NCBI GenBank assembly: GCA_001303185.1
Contig: LJNP01000001.1
Coordinates: 1 to 62,749 of the forward strand
DNA length: 62,749 bases
Origin: Parcubacteria bacterium SG8_24
GTDB lineage: Bacteria; Patescibacteriota; Patescibacteriia; SG8-24
Direction: 5' to 3'
The position numbers and the translations under genes are program-made. The notes beneath the pieces are model-generated. The model did not search any database, was not told the origin of the DNA, and saw only the letters and a list, made by a program, of their open reading frames with translations. This document shows positions 18,672 through 27,672 of this stretch, one piece after another (positions within the stretch are counted from its first letter, which is position 1; every line of letters begins with the position of its first letter).

Positions 18672-21600
18672 ATGGCCAGTCAATCCGAAAGTCATAAAGA
18701 GATCATCCCACCGCCATCCGAGGCCGGCGCAGAAGGCGCTCCGGAGACCGCGGAATCGGGCGGGCAGGCGGCGGATCGCATGAAAGAGGAGGCGGCCCGC
18801 AGCTTTCAGGTGATCGAGGGCGGCGCCAGGCAGGTCGAGGAGAAGATCGGCGAGGGCGAGGTCGAGGGTATCCCCGTCGACGATCTGATGATCGAAAAGG
18901 AGGAGATAGTCCAGACGGCCGCTACCGAGACTCGGGAGCATGATGAGGCGGTCGATCGGATCGGTCGGGATATCGAAGAGGCTTTGGGAGGTGAGGTACC
19001 GGAGGCGCCGGAAATCAAGCCGGAAGAGTTCGTCGATGAGGAGGCCGAGAAGAGGCGGGCCGAACAGGACCGCGAGAAGAGGAAGGAAATCGCCGAGAAG
19101 GAGAAGAAGCAGCTGGAGCGCAAACAGCAGATGGAGGAGGCCGGTCGCGAATGGGCCCGGCTGCAGACCCAGCAGAAGAAGTACTCCGGCCTGACCGGGA
19201 AGCTGCGTCTGATGAGGGACAACGTGAACATCTACGACCTCAAGGTCAAGATCCTGGAGGCCAAGGAGAGATATCAGGAGCTGCGTGCCGAGTATGTCGG
19301 CGAGAACGTGGAGCGGATGCTTCTGGAACAGGAGCGCCAGCTCGAGGACCTGCGGACGTTCATGGAACAGGAGAAGCCGGCGCTGGCCAAGGTCCTGAAC
19401 GCCGCGTACCGCGGATACAAGAAGCTGGGCGAGATGAATCTGGGCAAGGTCTTTGACGCGGTGGGGTATCAACCCAAGTCGAAGATCATGCGTTTCGTCG
19501 CCCGGGCGGCGTCGGTACGTACCCTGATCAGCGTCGGTCTGGTGGCCGGCGGCGCGGTGTTCGCCAGTCCCACGGTGGCGATCGGGGCCCTGGCTATGAG
19601 GCGCGCCCTGGGCGGTGTCGGCGGCGCCGTCGGTTCCTACGACATCATGAAGATGGTGGCTGACAAGACAGCTGGTCGTTTCACCGAAGAGGAGTTGGAC
19701 AAGATGAGCCGGGAGGACGTGATGCAGCGGATGGAGAAGATCTCGGCCCAGGCCATGATGGACGGCAAGAGTTTCGGCGAGATAGAGTCGTACCAGAAGC
19801 TCAAGGCGCGGCTCGGTGAGATGCTTAAGGAGGAGCGGGAGACCGGGCCGGGTGCGGGCGTCGAGAGGAAGTTGGCCCAGCTCATGTCCGAGACCGACGA
19901 GCGTTTCGAGACGATGCGGCAGAAGACCGAGAAGAACGACAAGATCATGAAGGGAGCGGCGGCGGCGATTGGTGTCTTCGTCGGTTCCGGCGCTCTGGCC
20001 AAGGGGATAACCTCGCTTTACGGGTACGTCGGCGGCGGTGGTGAGGCCGCAGTCGGCGTCCAGGCGGCGGCGCTCGAGAAGGTGCCACCGGTCGATCAGG
20101 CGCCGGCGCCGATGGCGGGGACCCTGGAGACCGAGCAGCTGGTCGACGTCGATGAGGCCGGCGACCTGAAGCTCGTCGAAGCGGAGATCGCCCAGACTCC
20201 CGCTGACAGTTTCGCGGCCGATTATAAAGCAGGCCTGATAGAGCGGGGATTCGAGGGCGACGCCTCAGCCAAAGCCGAGCAGGTGCTGGAAGCGGCCCGG
20301 GTCAGCAAGCGGGAGGGCCTGACGCACGTCATCAGGCGGCAGGTCGTCGCTGATCCGGAACGGTTCGGTTGGGACACCGCCAAGCGTCCCTGGGATCCGG
20401 AACATCTGACGCCTCGGCAGGAGCGGTGGGCCACCAACCTCTGCGCCAAGATCGCCCGCGACAACGGGATGCTCTCGCGGACCAGCGAGTGGCGTCTGAC
20501 CGGTTTCGATCCGGCCGATCAGGAGCAGTACGTCTTCGTCAAAGACGACGGCGCCGGCGGATTTAGGGTCGAACTGGAGGGTATCGAACACAAGGTCTTC
20601 CACCGACCGACGGAGTTCAATTTTAGTGAAGGCGGCGCCAAGTGGGGCGCTGATCTCCAGTACAGCCGGAACGGGCTGCTGCGTTCCGTCCGCATCGAGG
20701 GTCCGCCGCCCAAATTCAAGATGGACGCTCTGGTCGGACACTTCGCCGAGAGCAAGCAGCTTCAGGTCGACGCCGATACCCTTTTGGCCCGGCCCGATGC
20801 CGCCGCTTTTGAGCACCAGCTCAGCAAGATCTATCAGCAGGAAGAGATCTTGGAGCGCCTGCAACGGCGCGGCCTGGGCAATTCTCTCGGTGCCCGGGAG
20901 CTCCGGGATTCCATCCGGCAGGATTACGGCGTCATCAACAATTGGGCGACCAAAGGCGCTGATCTGGTCAGGTCCGAGAAACTGACCGATTATGTGACCA
21001 AATTCAGGGAGGCAGGAGTCGGTCGAGACCAACTCGAGAAGTACGCTTTCAGCGTCCAACATGACGATGTTCATGTGCTGGGCGGCGCGGGCGGACAGGT
21101 CGCGGTCGATTCCGGGAGCGAGCAGGCCCGCGAGGCGGCCCGGGCGATTATCGATAGTACCAAGCAGGACATCTTCAATAAGACCAGGATGCTGTTCGAT
21201 TACGATCCGGCTACCGGTCGGGTCGTTGACGTCCATTCCAGGTTCCTGAAACTGGATGTGGCCGCGGAGCGCATAGGAGTCAGGAAAGATTTCCTGACGA
21301 TCTTGCAGGACCAGGGACTGAACCCGGAACAGCGTCAGGAGGCCGCGCGTCTCATCCGGGATATCGCCAACGAACAGACCGGTCTCACCAAATTCGAGCA
21401 GGGCGGCCTGTCCCATCTTCCCGAATACCGGTTCCTGGCGGGCGATATCGCAGAGAAGGTGCGGCGGCTCCGTGAATTGGCGGGTTCTGACAGTGACATG
21501 TGGGCCAAGGTCGACCTGGACACGGCGACCCAAGAGACGGCCCGACTCACGCGCGGACTCTCCCTCAAGATCGAGGCGCCGAAGATCCTGCCCATCGAAG

Positions 21601-21995
21601 GTCCGGTGGACATCTCGCAGGATGCCGCTGCGGCCATCCAGGAGGGCCGCCCCTTCAATATCGCTGACGGGGTCACGGCCCACTATACCGAGAAGGGTCT
21701 GATGCTCCACTGGAAGGGCGTGGATCCGCAGATCGCCGAAAAGGCCATCTTCCGCGACAACTGGGAAGAACTGCTGATCGATCCGTCCGACGAGGAAGCC
21801 AAACGGATGATGTCGCTCATGGCTCGGCAGGTCTATTATCTCGACCAGGCAGCCGACAAGTTCTACGAGGCCGGTGTCCAGGAAGAAATACGCACCAGTA
21901 TCGCCAAACAGATCGCCTGCATCAAACTGGAGGCCTTGGCCAGGCACACCACAGGATCCCACGAGCTGGCTGAAGCGATCTTCCGGAAGGATTGA
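18672..21995 (+). CDS. Giant hypothetical protein (1107 aa): acidic coiled-coil N-terminus, two central hydrophobic segments, large C-terminal region
   Basis: The ORF is uninterrupted. The TM-like segments are LISVGLVAGGAVFASPTVAIGALAM and GAAAAIGVFVGSGALAKGI. No catalytic motif was recognised. Confidence 0.8.
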   Translation: MASQSESHKEIIPPPSEAGAEGAPETAESGGQAADRMKEEAARSFQVIEGGARQVEEKIGEGEVEGIPVDDLMIEKEEIVQTAATETREHDEAVDRIGRDIEEALGGEVPEAPEIKPEEFVDEEAEKRRAEQDREKRKEIAEKEKKQLERKQQMEEAGREWARLQTQQKKYSGLTGKLRLMRDNVNIYDLKVKILEAKERYQELRAEYVGENVERMLLEQERQLEDLRTFMEQEKPALAKVLNAAYRGYKKLGEMNLGKVFDAVGYQPKSKIMRFVARAASVRTLISVGLVAGGAVFASPTVAIGALAMRRALGGVGGAVGSYDIMKMVADKTAGRFTEEELDKMSREDVMQRMEKISAQAMMDGKSFGEIESYQKLKARLGEMLKEERETGPGAGVERKLAQLMSETDERFETMRQKTEKNDKIMKGAAAAIGVFVGSGALAKGITSLYGYVGGGGEAAVGVQAAALEKVPPVDQAPAPMAGTLETEQLVDVDEAGDLKLVEAEIAQTPADSFAADYKAGLIERGFEGDASAKAEQVLEAARVSKREGLTHVIRRQVVADPERFGWDTAKRPWDPEHLTPRQERWATNLCAKIARDNGMLSRTSEWRLTGFDPADQEQYVFVKDDGAGGFRVELEGIEHKVFHRPTEFNFSEGGAKWGADLQYSRNGLLRSVRIEGPPPKFKMDALVGHFAESKQLQVDADTLLARPDAAAFEHQLSKIYQQEEILERLQRRGLGNSLGARELRDSIRQDYGVINNWATKGADLVRSEKLTDYVTKFREAGVGRDQLEKYAFSVQHDDVHVLGGAGGQVAVDSGSEQAREAARAIIDSTKQDIFNKTRMLFDYDPATGRVVDVHSRFLKLDVAAERIGVRKDFLTILQDQGLNPEQRQEAARLIRDIANEQTGLTKFEQGGLSHLPEYRFLAGDIAEKVRRLRELAGSDSDMWAKVDLDTATQETARLTRGLSLKIEAPKILPIEGPVDISQDAAAAIQEGRPFNIADGVTAHYTEKGLMLHWKGVDPQIAEKAIFRDNWEELLIDPSDEEAKRMMSLMARQVYYLDQAADKFYEAGVQEEIRTSIAKQIACIKLEALARHTTGSHELAEAIFRKD

Positions 21996-22028
21996 GCGGC
22001 GGAATCTAGCATATGAAAAACCCCGGCC

Positions 22029-23144
22029 TCAACGGTCGGGGTTTCGTTCTGAGCCAGGGAACAGATGGCGGTAAACCGTCCGGAATGTCCGGACATAGCG
22101 GCGGGTCTCGCGCGGCAGTCCGTATCCTTCCTCGGTCCAGCGTTCCGGATCCCGGGCCAGGGCCCGATAGGCGGCGACCTCGCCGGCATTGTAGGCGGCG
22201 GCGATGAAGGCACCGAGATCCTCCTCGCGGTCGGCCCGCATCAGTTCCTCGAGCGTCTCGTCGGGCAGCATGCGCAGGATCCAGTCGACCAGGCAGTACT
22301 GGGCCATCACGGCATTGCCATGGTCCATCATGCCGGAGGTGAAGTCGCGGCGCAGCCGGGCCCGGGGATAGCGACGGCGGATGGAGCGGTAGGTGCCCGG
22401 GATGAACTGGGCCAGACCGCGGGCGCCGGCGTAGGACATGGCGTAGCCGTAGGTGTCACCGCGGTTGAGTGCCAGGGTCACCAGGACCCGTTCCACTACC
22501 GCGGCGACTCCCTGCCTCTCGAGTTCGGACGGCGTGATGTGCTCGATGAGCAGTATGGTCAGCAGGACGCGAACCGATGGCACCGCGGAGACGGCGGTAT
22601 CCTCCTGAGAGGCCGACAACACCCGGAGCTCGTCCAGCCGGTCCGCGGCCGAGTCGAGCAGGTCGAGCAGGTAAGCGCGGCCGTCACGCACCAGCTGCGG
22701 CGAATGCAGGCCGGTCGAATAGGGGACATAGATCACCGGCAGGGTCCGGCGTCGGTTCCAGGGATGGTGGACGTTGGTCTTGATGGCCAGGACGACCCAC
22801 CCCGCAGGTTCCAGGATGCGGTATTCGGAGTTGACGCCGTTGCGTCGGATCAGGGTCACTTCGAACCCGGCGGTACGGGAGATGCCGCCACGGACCCTGA
22901 CCAGGTCGATACCGTCATCGGCCGCCGGGTCCCAGAGGGCCAGCACGGCGTACTGTCCGCCCAATCGGGTCGTGCCGATCGGCTCGTCCTTGAGCCGATC
23001 CTTGGCTTCGGCGATGCGTTCGAGCAGCCGGGCGTGCGCGTCCTCAGCGGGATCGACACAGACATCCTGGGCCCGGAGCGGTGTCGTCGGCAATGATACG
23101 AAAAAGAAAAGGGCGGCGAGGGTGGCGCAAGGCCTTGTCATCAT
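22029..23144 (-). CDS. Secreted lytic transglycosylase (SLT domain)
   Basis: Signal peptide MMTRPCATLAALFFFVSLPTTPLRAQD. SLT motifs YAGARGLAQFIPGTY and AAYNAGEVAAY. The start is taken at the internal Met (the ORF track extends to 23204). Confidence 0.85.
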   Translation of the reverse strand: MMTRPCATLAALFFFVSLPTTPLRAQDVCVDPAEDAHARLLERIAEAKDRLKDEPIGTTRLGGQYAVLALWDPAADDGIDLVRVRGGISRTAGFEVTLIRRNGVNSEYRILEPAGWVVLAIKTNVHHPWNRRRTLPVIYVPYSTGLHSPQLVRDGRAYLLDLLDSAADRLDELRVLSASQEDTAVSAVPSVRVLLTILLIEHITPSELERQGVAAVVERVLVTLALNRGDTYGYAMSYAGARGLAQFIPGTYRSIRRRYPRARLRRDFTSGMMDHGNAVMAQYCLVDWILRMLPDETLEELMRADREEDLGAFIAAAYNAGEVAAYRALARDPERWTEEGYGLPRETRRYVRTFRTVYRHLFPGSERNPDR

Positions 23145-23269
23145 CTTTTTTCTCCCTTGGCCTGTCGCGATAGGGGCCCTAGGGCCGCAGGACGATCGTC
23201 CCATGGTCGGGACGTTTGTTCAAGTCGGACCGGGTCGCGGCACCGGTCGGTCCGTGCTAGACTGGTCTC

Positions 23270-24415
23270 ATGTCGACCGGAATCTCCAAGAGATTCACCG
23301 TAGCCATGATCGGCCTCAAGGGTCTGCCGGTCCGAAAGGATTCGGGCGGCGTGGAGCGGCACGTCGAGGAGCTGGCCTCCCGTCTGGTCCAGGCCGGTCT
23401 TGACGTCCTGGCTTACGTCCGGCCGCGCCATACGCACACCAGGAAGTCCGAATGCCGGGGTATCCGGCTCCAGCGTATGCCTTCCATCCCGACCAAGAGT
23501 CTCGACACCCTGACCCACACCCTCCTCTCAAGCCTCTCGGTCCTGTTCAAGAAGGTCGACATCATCCATTACCACGGTATCGGACCGTCCACCCTGGCCT
23601 GGATACCGCGGCTGTTCAAACCGCGGTCTCGGGTAGTGGTCACCTTCCACAGCATCGACCGCTTCCATCAGAAATGGGGTCCGCTGGCCCGGGCCTACCT
23701 CCGTTTCGCCGAATGGACCGCGCTCAGGTATCCGCACGCCACTATCGCCGTCTCCCGCTCGATCCAGGGATACTGTCGGGAACATTACGGCAGCGAACCG
23801 ACCTATATACCGAACGGAGCCACGGTGCGGTCGGTTCATCCGGGCCGGGACCGGCTTAAGGAGTGGTCCCTCGAACCGGACGGTTATATCCTGACCGTGG
23901 CCCGGCTGGTCCGTCAGAAGGGCATCCACCATCTGATTGAAGCCTACGGTCGTCTCAAGACCGACAAGAAGCTGGTGATAGCCGGAGCGGCCGGGTTCGG
24001 GACCGGGGAATACGCCGCCTACCTGCGCGACTTGAGCCGCGGCAATTCATCGGTCGTCTTCACCGGGTTCCAGTCCGGCGAGTCCCTGGCGCAGCTTTAC
24101 GCCAATGCCTACCTGTACGTCCATCCTTCGGAGGCCGAGGGGCTGTCCGTGTCGATCCTGGAGGCGATGTCCTATGGCCGTTGTGTCCTGGTCTCGGATA
24201 TCCCGGAGAACCTGGAGTCGATCGACCACAGCGGCCTGACCTTCCATAACGCCGATCCGGACGATCTGGCTGAGAGACTGACCGCCCTGCTGAACCATCC
24301 CGAGATCGTCCGGGAGCGCGGTGAGCGGGCCCGGAAATGGGTCTCTTGGGAATATGATTGGGGCACGATCGCCGACCGCACGGCGGCGCTTTATCTGGAT
24401 CTGCTGATGCGGTGA
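23270..24415 (+). CDS. Glycosyltransferase family 4 (GT-B)
   Basis: EX7E-type motif PSEAEGLSVSILEAMSYGRCVLVSDIPEN, with an N-terminal GT4 donor-acceptor domain pattern. Confidence 0.9.
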   Translation: MSTGISKRFTVAMIGLKGLPVRKDSGGVERHVEELASRLVQAGLDVLAYVRPRHTHTRKSECRGIRLQRMPSIPTKSLDTLTHTLLSSLSVLFKKVDIIHYHGIGPSTLAWIPRLFKPRSRVVVTFHSIDRFHQKWGPLARAYLRFAEWTALRYPHATIAVSRSIQGYCREHYGSEPTYIPNGATVRSVHPGRDRLKEWSLEPDGYILTVARLVRQKGIHHLIEAYGRLKTDKKLVIAGAAGFGTGEYAAYLRDLSRGNSSVVFTGFQSGESLAQLYANAYLYVHPSEAEGLSVSILEAMSYGRCVLVSDIPENLESIDHSGLTFHNADPDDLAERLTALLNHPEIVRERGERARKWVSWEYDWGTIADRTAALYLDLLMR

Positions 24416-24452
24416 AGTCTGTCGCGTACGTGTCATATAAGGGGCGGGACCT

Positions 24453-24481
24453 TTGACAGGGCCCGTTTTTTCGGCTATGGT
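24453..24481 (+). promoter_or_regulatory. Candidate promoter (TTGACA-17-TATGGT)
   Basis: TTGACA at 24453-24458, a 17-nt spacer and TATGGT at 24476-24481. These are the same hexamers as the promoter predicted at 34606. Confidence 0.45.
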
Positions 24482-24552
24482 GTCTTGATGGCCGAAGGTC
24501 ATCCCTTTCATGATCGAGTCCATCCGTTCCTTAAATATCAGGAGGTAGTGAC

Positions 24553-26106
24553 ATGGGAACACCGGAAAAGTCTGAGTTCGGGCTCTCCGGTGTGGGGGCC
24601 GGTGAGGAGACCTGTTGCGATGAAGTGCATGTGGTCGTGGGCGACCTGCACCTTTCCGAGGGCCGGACCATCCGCGTCCCGAAGAGGCTCTCCTGGTTCA
24701 AGCGGCTCCGGCGGTTCGTCCGCGGCCTTCGCGGTGCCGTCAACCCGCCGCTCGAGATGGTGGAGACCGACAATCCGCTGGAGGATTTCCATTTCGACAG
24801 GGAGTTCGCCCGCTTCCTCGACCTGGTCGAGGAACGTTTCCGGGAATGCGTTTCCCTCCGGCTGCGGCTGTTGGGCGACACTTTCGATCCCCTGGCCGTT
24901 CCCAATCGGGAGGGCAAGTTCGAACCGGCGCCTTACGAGGACGCGGCGGTGGACGAGATGCGGCGGATCATCGGCGGTCATCCGGCATTCTTCGACGCCT
25001 TGGCCGCTTTCGTCGGCCGGCCGGGGCGTCATATCGATTTCTTCATCGGTAACCACGACCTGACATTGGAGTGGCCGGCGGTAAGGCAGGAGCTGATTCG
25101 TCGCCTGGTCGGTGAGGACAAGGTGGCAGCCCGACGTATCCGGTTCATCGGTCATGAGCAGGACTACGAGGAGCTGCATCGTGACGTGCTGTACCTGCAT
25201 GGCCAGGATGCCGAACCGCACAACGGCGTGGATCCGAAGCAGATCTTCATCACCAGGAGGTTCGGTGCCCGGCTGCGCCGTCCGGTGCTCAACATGTCCT
25301 ACGGTTCCTACATGACGGTCAAGCTGGTCAACCGACTCAAGCTACGCAACCATTTGGTCGGTCGGACCCGCCGGGAAAGCGACTTGTGGAACAACGCGCT
25401 CAAACACCGCTGGGGCTGGGGTCTCTATGCCGCCCTGGTCCTGGTCTGGAGCTATTTCCACAGCCTGCTCTTCTCCTTCTGGGATCTCCGGCGCAAGACC
25501 AGTATCCGCCGGCTCTTCCGGACGGTCCTGTCGACCGCCACCAGGAATCCGGTGGACCGTTTCGCCAAGAGACTGCTGGAACAGCGCCAGGACGCCCGGG
25601 TGGTCATCGCGGCCCATTCGCACAACTGGCGGCGTGAATCCAGTGAGGGCGGGACGTACATCAACTGCGGTACCTGGGTCAAGAAGTTCCGCTTGGTGGA
25701 GCGGCAGATCGATCTCCGCTGGAACCGCCTGCGTTGGCTGGAACTCTTCTGGCGCTGCCTCCTCCATTTCCTGAAGACCGGTGAGGTGCCCATGCGGCGC
25801 CAGATGACCAAGATCGCCGGCTTCATCGCGGCGGTTGCGGCGATGGCTACCTTCCTCTTCACCAGCTTCCCGCGGGAGGAATGGGGCGACTGGTCGGTCA
25901 CCATGTCCGACTTCAAGATCCCGATCGCCATCTTCTGCGTCTTCCTGGTGCTGGCCGGCCTGTTCCGCATCTTCGCGGTCCGGCCGCTGATTGTGCCGGA
26001 TGACCGTCTGACCTTCGGTCTGGTCAGGCACTTCCGGAACGGCGATCTCAAGGCGGAACTCATGGAGTACCTGCCGGCAGAGGATACGTTCAGGGAATGC
26101 GTCTGA
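24553..26106 (+). CDS. Calcineurin-like metallophosphoesterase with C-terminal membrane region
   Basis: Motifs GDLHLS, GDTFD, GNHD, HGQD and AAHSH. The C-terminal TM helices are IAGFIAAVAAMATFLFTSF and IAIFCVFLVLAGLFRIFAV. RBS GGAGG. Confidence 0.8.
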   Translation: MGTPEKSEFGLSGVGAGEETCCDEVHVVVGDLHLSEGRTIRVPKRLSWFKRLRRFVRGLRGAVNPPLEMVETDNPLEDFHFDREFARFLDLVEERFRECVSLRLRLLGDTFDPLAVPNREGKFEPAPYEDAAVDEMRRIIGGHPAFFDALAAFVGRPGRHIDFFIGNHDLTLEWPAVRQELIRRLVGEDKVAARRIRFIGHEQDYEELHRDVLYLHGQDAEPHNGVDPKQIFITRRFGARLRRPVLNMSYGSYMTVKLVNRLKLRNHLVGRTRRESDLWNNALKHRWGWGLYAALVLVWSYFHSLLFSFWDLRRKTSIRRLFRTVLSTATRNPVDRFAKRLLEQRQDARVVIAAHSHNWRRESSEGGTYINCGTWVKKFRLVERQIDLRWNRLRWLELFWRCLLHFLKTGEVPMRRQMTKIAGFIAAVAAMATFLFTSFPREEWGDWSVTMSDFKIPIAIFCVFLVLAGLFRIFAVRPLIVPDDRLTFGLVRHFRNGDLKAELMEYLPAEDTFRECV

Positions 26107-26112
26107 CACTCT

Positions 26113-26141
26113 CCGCACCCTTCGGGTGCGGATTTTTCTTT
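26113..26141 (+). terminator. Rho-independent terminator
   Basis: Stem CCGCACCC/GGGTGCGG with loop TTC, followed by ATTTTTCTTT. Confidence 0.85.
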
Positions 26142-26169
26142 GGTACACCGCGGGTCAGAGCCGCCTGAC

Positions 26170-26198
26170 TTGCCTTTAGGCCGCGGATATCGGATACT
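26170..26198 (+). promoter_or_regulatory. Candidate promoter (TTGCCT-17-GATACT)
   Basis: TTGCCT at 26170-26175, a 17-nt spacer and GATACT at 26193-26198. Confidence 0.3.
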
Positions 26199-26218
26199 TT
26201 CCTGGTAATCATCGACTT

Positions 26219-26374
26219 ATGGGCCGGAAAAAAGGTAAAACGTCTCGGGTGCCGCGCGGTCTGCGCAAGCATATCCGGATGCAGAAGGCCCGCATCAGGG
26301 CCGCCGAACCCGACCGGGAGGCGCGGGACAGGCTCATCGCCGAGCTTTACGCGAGGCTGAACGTCGTTTCCTGA
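26219..26374 (+). CDS. Possible small basic protein (51 aa), below the ORF-track cutoff
   Basis: Manual translation gives MGRKKGKTSRVPRGLRKHIRMQKARIRAAEPDREARDRLIAELYARLNVVS. Its stop (TGA, 26372-26374) abuts the start of the translin-like gene (GTG 26376). No SD was seen. Confidence 0.3.
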   Translation: MGRKKGKTSRVPRGLRKHIRMQKARIRAAEPDREARDRLIAELYARLNVVS

Positions 26375-26375
26375 A

Positions 26376-26954
26376 GTGCCTATGGCCGACCAGGCTTTCT
26401 TCAACGGACTGCATCAGGCCAACAGCGGGTATGCACAGGCCCGTCGTCAGGTCATCTCTCAGGCCGACGAGGCGCGCAATCTTTCGAAGCGGGCCATTTT
26501 CGCGCTGCATCGGGACGATCGTGCGGCCGCAGCCGACCTGTTGGGTCAGGCCCGGGTCAGGTTGGGTGAGGTCCGTCAGGCGGCGGAAGAGTTGCCGAAC
26601 CTCGTCCATGAAGGCGCTTACCGGGCCGGACTCGAGGAATTCGTCGAGGCTAGGCTCTTTCAGGATTTTCTGGAGAAAGGGGCGGTCGGGGATATCGGCG
26701 AGCCGGGTGTCAGATTCGATACCTATCTGGCCGCGCTGGCCGATCTGACCGGCGAGCTTCAGCGTCGTCAGGTCAGGCTGGCCACGGAACGGGACATGGA
26801 GGGTGTCCGGGCGGTCAAGGAGGTTGTCCAGGAGATCGTCGGTCAATTGCTCATGATGGACCTGAGCGGTTATCTGCGCACCAAGTTCGATCAGGCCAAG
26901 AATTCCTTGCGTCGGGCCGAAGAAGTGCTTTATGAACTGTCGCTCCGTTCCTGA
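26376..26954 (+). CDS. Translin-family protein
   Basis: TYLAALADLTGELQRRQV and the C-terminal KFDQAKNSLRRAEEVLYELSLRS closely mirror the translin/TRAX signatures (DLTGEL..R; K.D..K..L.K.EEVVYDLSIR). The start may be ATG 26382. Confidence 0.8.
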   Translation: MPMADQAFFNGLHQANSGYAQARRQVISQADEARNLSKRAIFALHRDDRAAAADLLGQARVRLGEVRQAAEELPNLVHEGAYRAGLEEFVEARLFQDFLEKGAVGDIGEPGVRFDTYLAALADLTGELQRRQVRLATERDMEGVRAVKEVVQEIVGQLLMMDLSGYLRTKFDQAKNSLRRAEEVLYELSLRS

Positions 26955-26975
26955 GAGCGGCAGGCGTCATGACCC

Positions 26976-27671
26976 ATGGATAAGCTGACCGCGGCCGCCG
27001 TGGTGCCGGCCTACAACGAGGAGAAGACCATCGGGGAGGTCGTCCGGACGCTGATCGCTTCCGGACTTTTCGAGGACGTCATCGTGGTGAGTGACGGGTC
27101 GACCGACGGGACGGCCCGGGAAGCCCATCGGGCCGGCGCCACCTTGGTCCCGCAGTTCCCGGTGAAGCACGGTAAGGGCGCGGCCATGGGGCACGGGGTG
27201 GCCCACACGGACGCTCCGGTGGTCTGTTTCTTCGATGCCGACCTGAAGGGCCTGACCGCGGAACACGCGCGTCAGGTGCTGGAACCGGTCATCACCGGTC
27301 GGCGATACATGAACGTGGGACTGAGGGATCGGGGTCCTTTCTGGACGAGGGTGGCGATGTTCCTGCCCCTGGTGGGTGGAGAGAGGGCTATCCGACGGGA
27401 GATTTTCGACCTGATCCCCGACAAGTACCTGGAGGGTTTCAAGGTGGAATCGGCCCTGAACTATTTCTGCCGCATCAACCGTCTGCCCTACGGGTTCACT
27501 GTCCTGCCAGGCCTGACCATCGTGCGCAAGATGCAGAAGGTCGGCATCTGGCGCGGTTTCCGGCAGTATGTCCGGATGTGGAAGCAGGTCTTCTGGGCCA
27601 TGTTACAGGTGCGTCTGGCCCGCCGCGAGTTCGCCGAACACGGGACACACATGGGCCATCATCACGGCTGA
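26976..27671 (+). CDS. Glycosyltransferase family 2 (soluble, 231 aa)
   Basis: AAVVPAYNEEKTIGEVV...VIVVSDGSTDGT...FFDADL (DXD). Confidence 0.85.
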   Translation: MDKLTAAAVVPAYNEEKTIGEVVRTLIASGLFEDVIVVSDGSTDGTAREAHRAGATLVPQFPVKHGKGAAMGHGVAHTDAPVVCFFDADLKGLTAEHARQVLEPVITGRRYMNVGLRDRGPFWTRVAMFLPLVGGERAIRREIFDLIPDKYLEGFKVESALNYFCRINRLPYGFTVLPGLTIVRKMQKVGIWRGFRQYVRMWKQVFWAMLQVRLARREFAEHGTHMGHHHG

Positions 27672-27672
27672 T

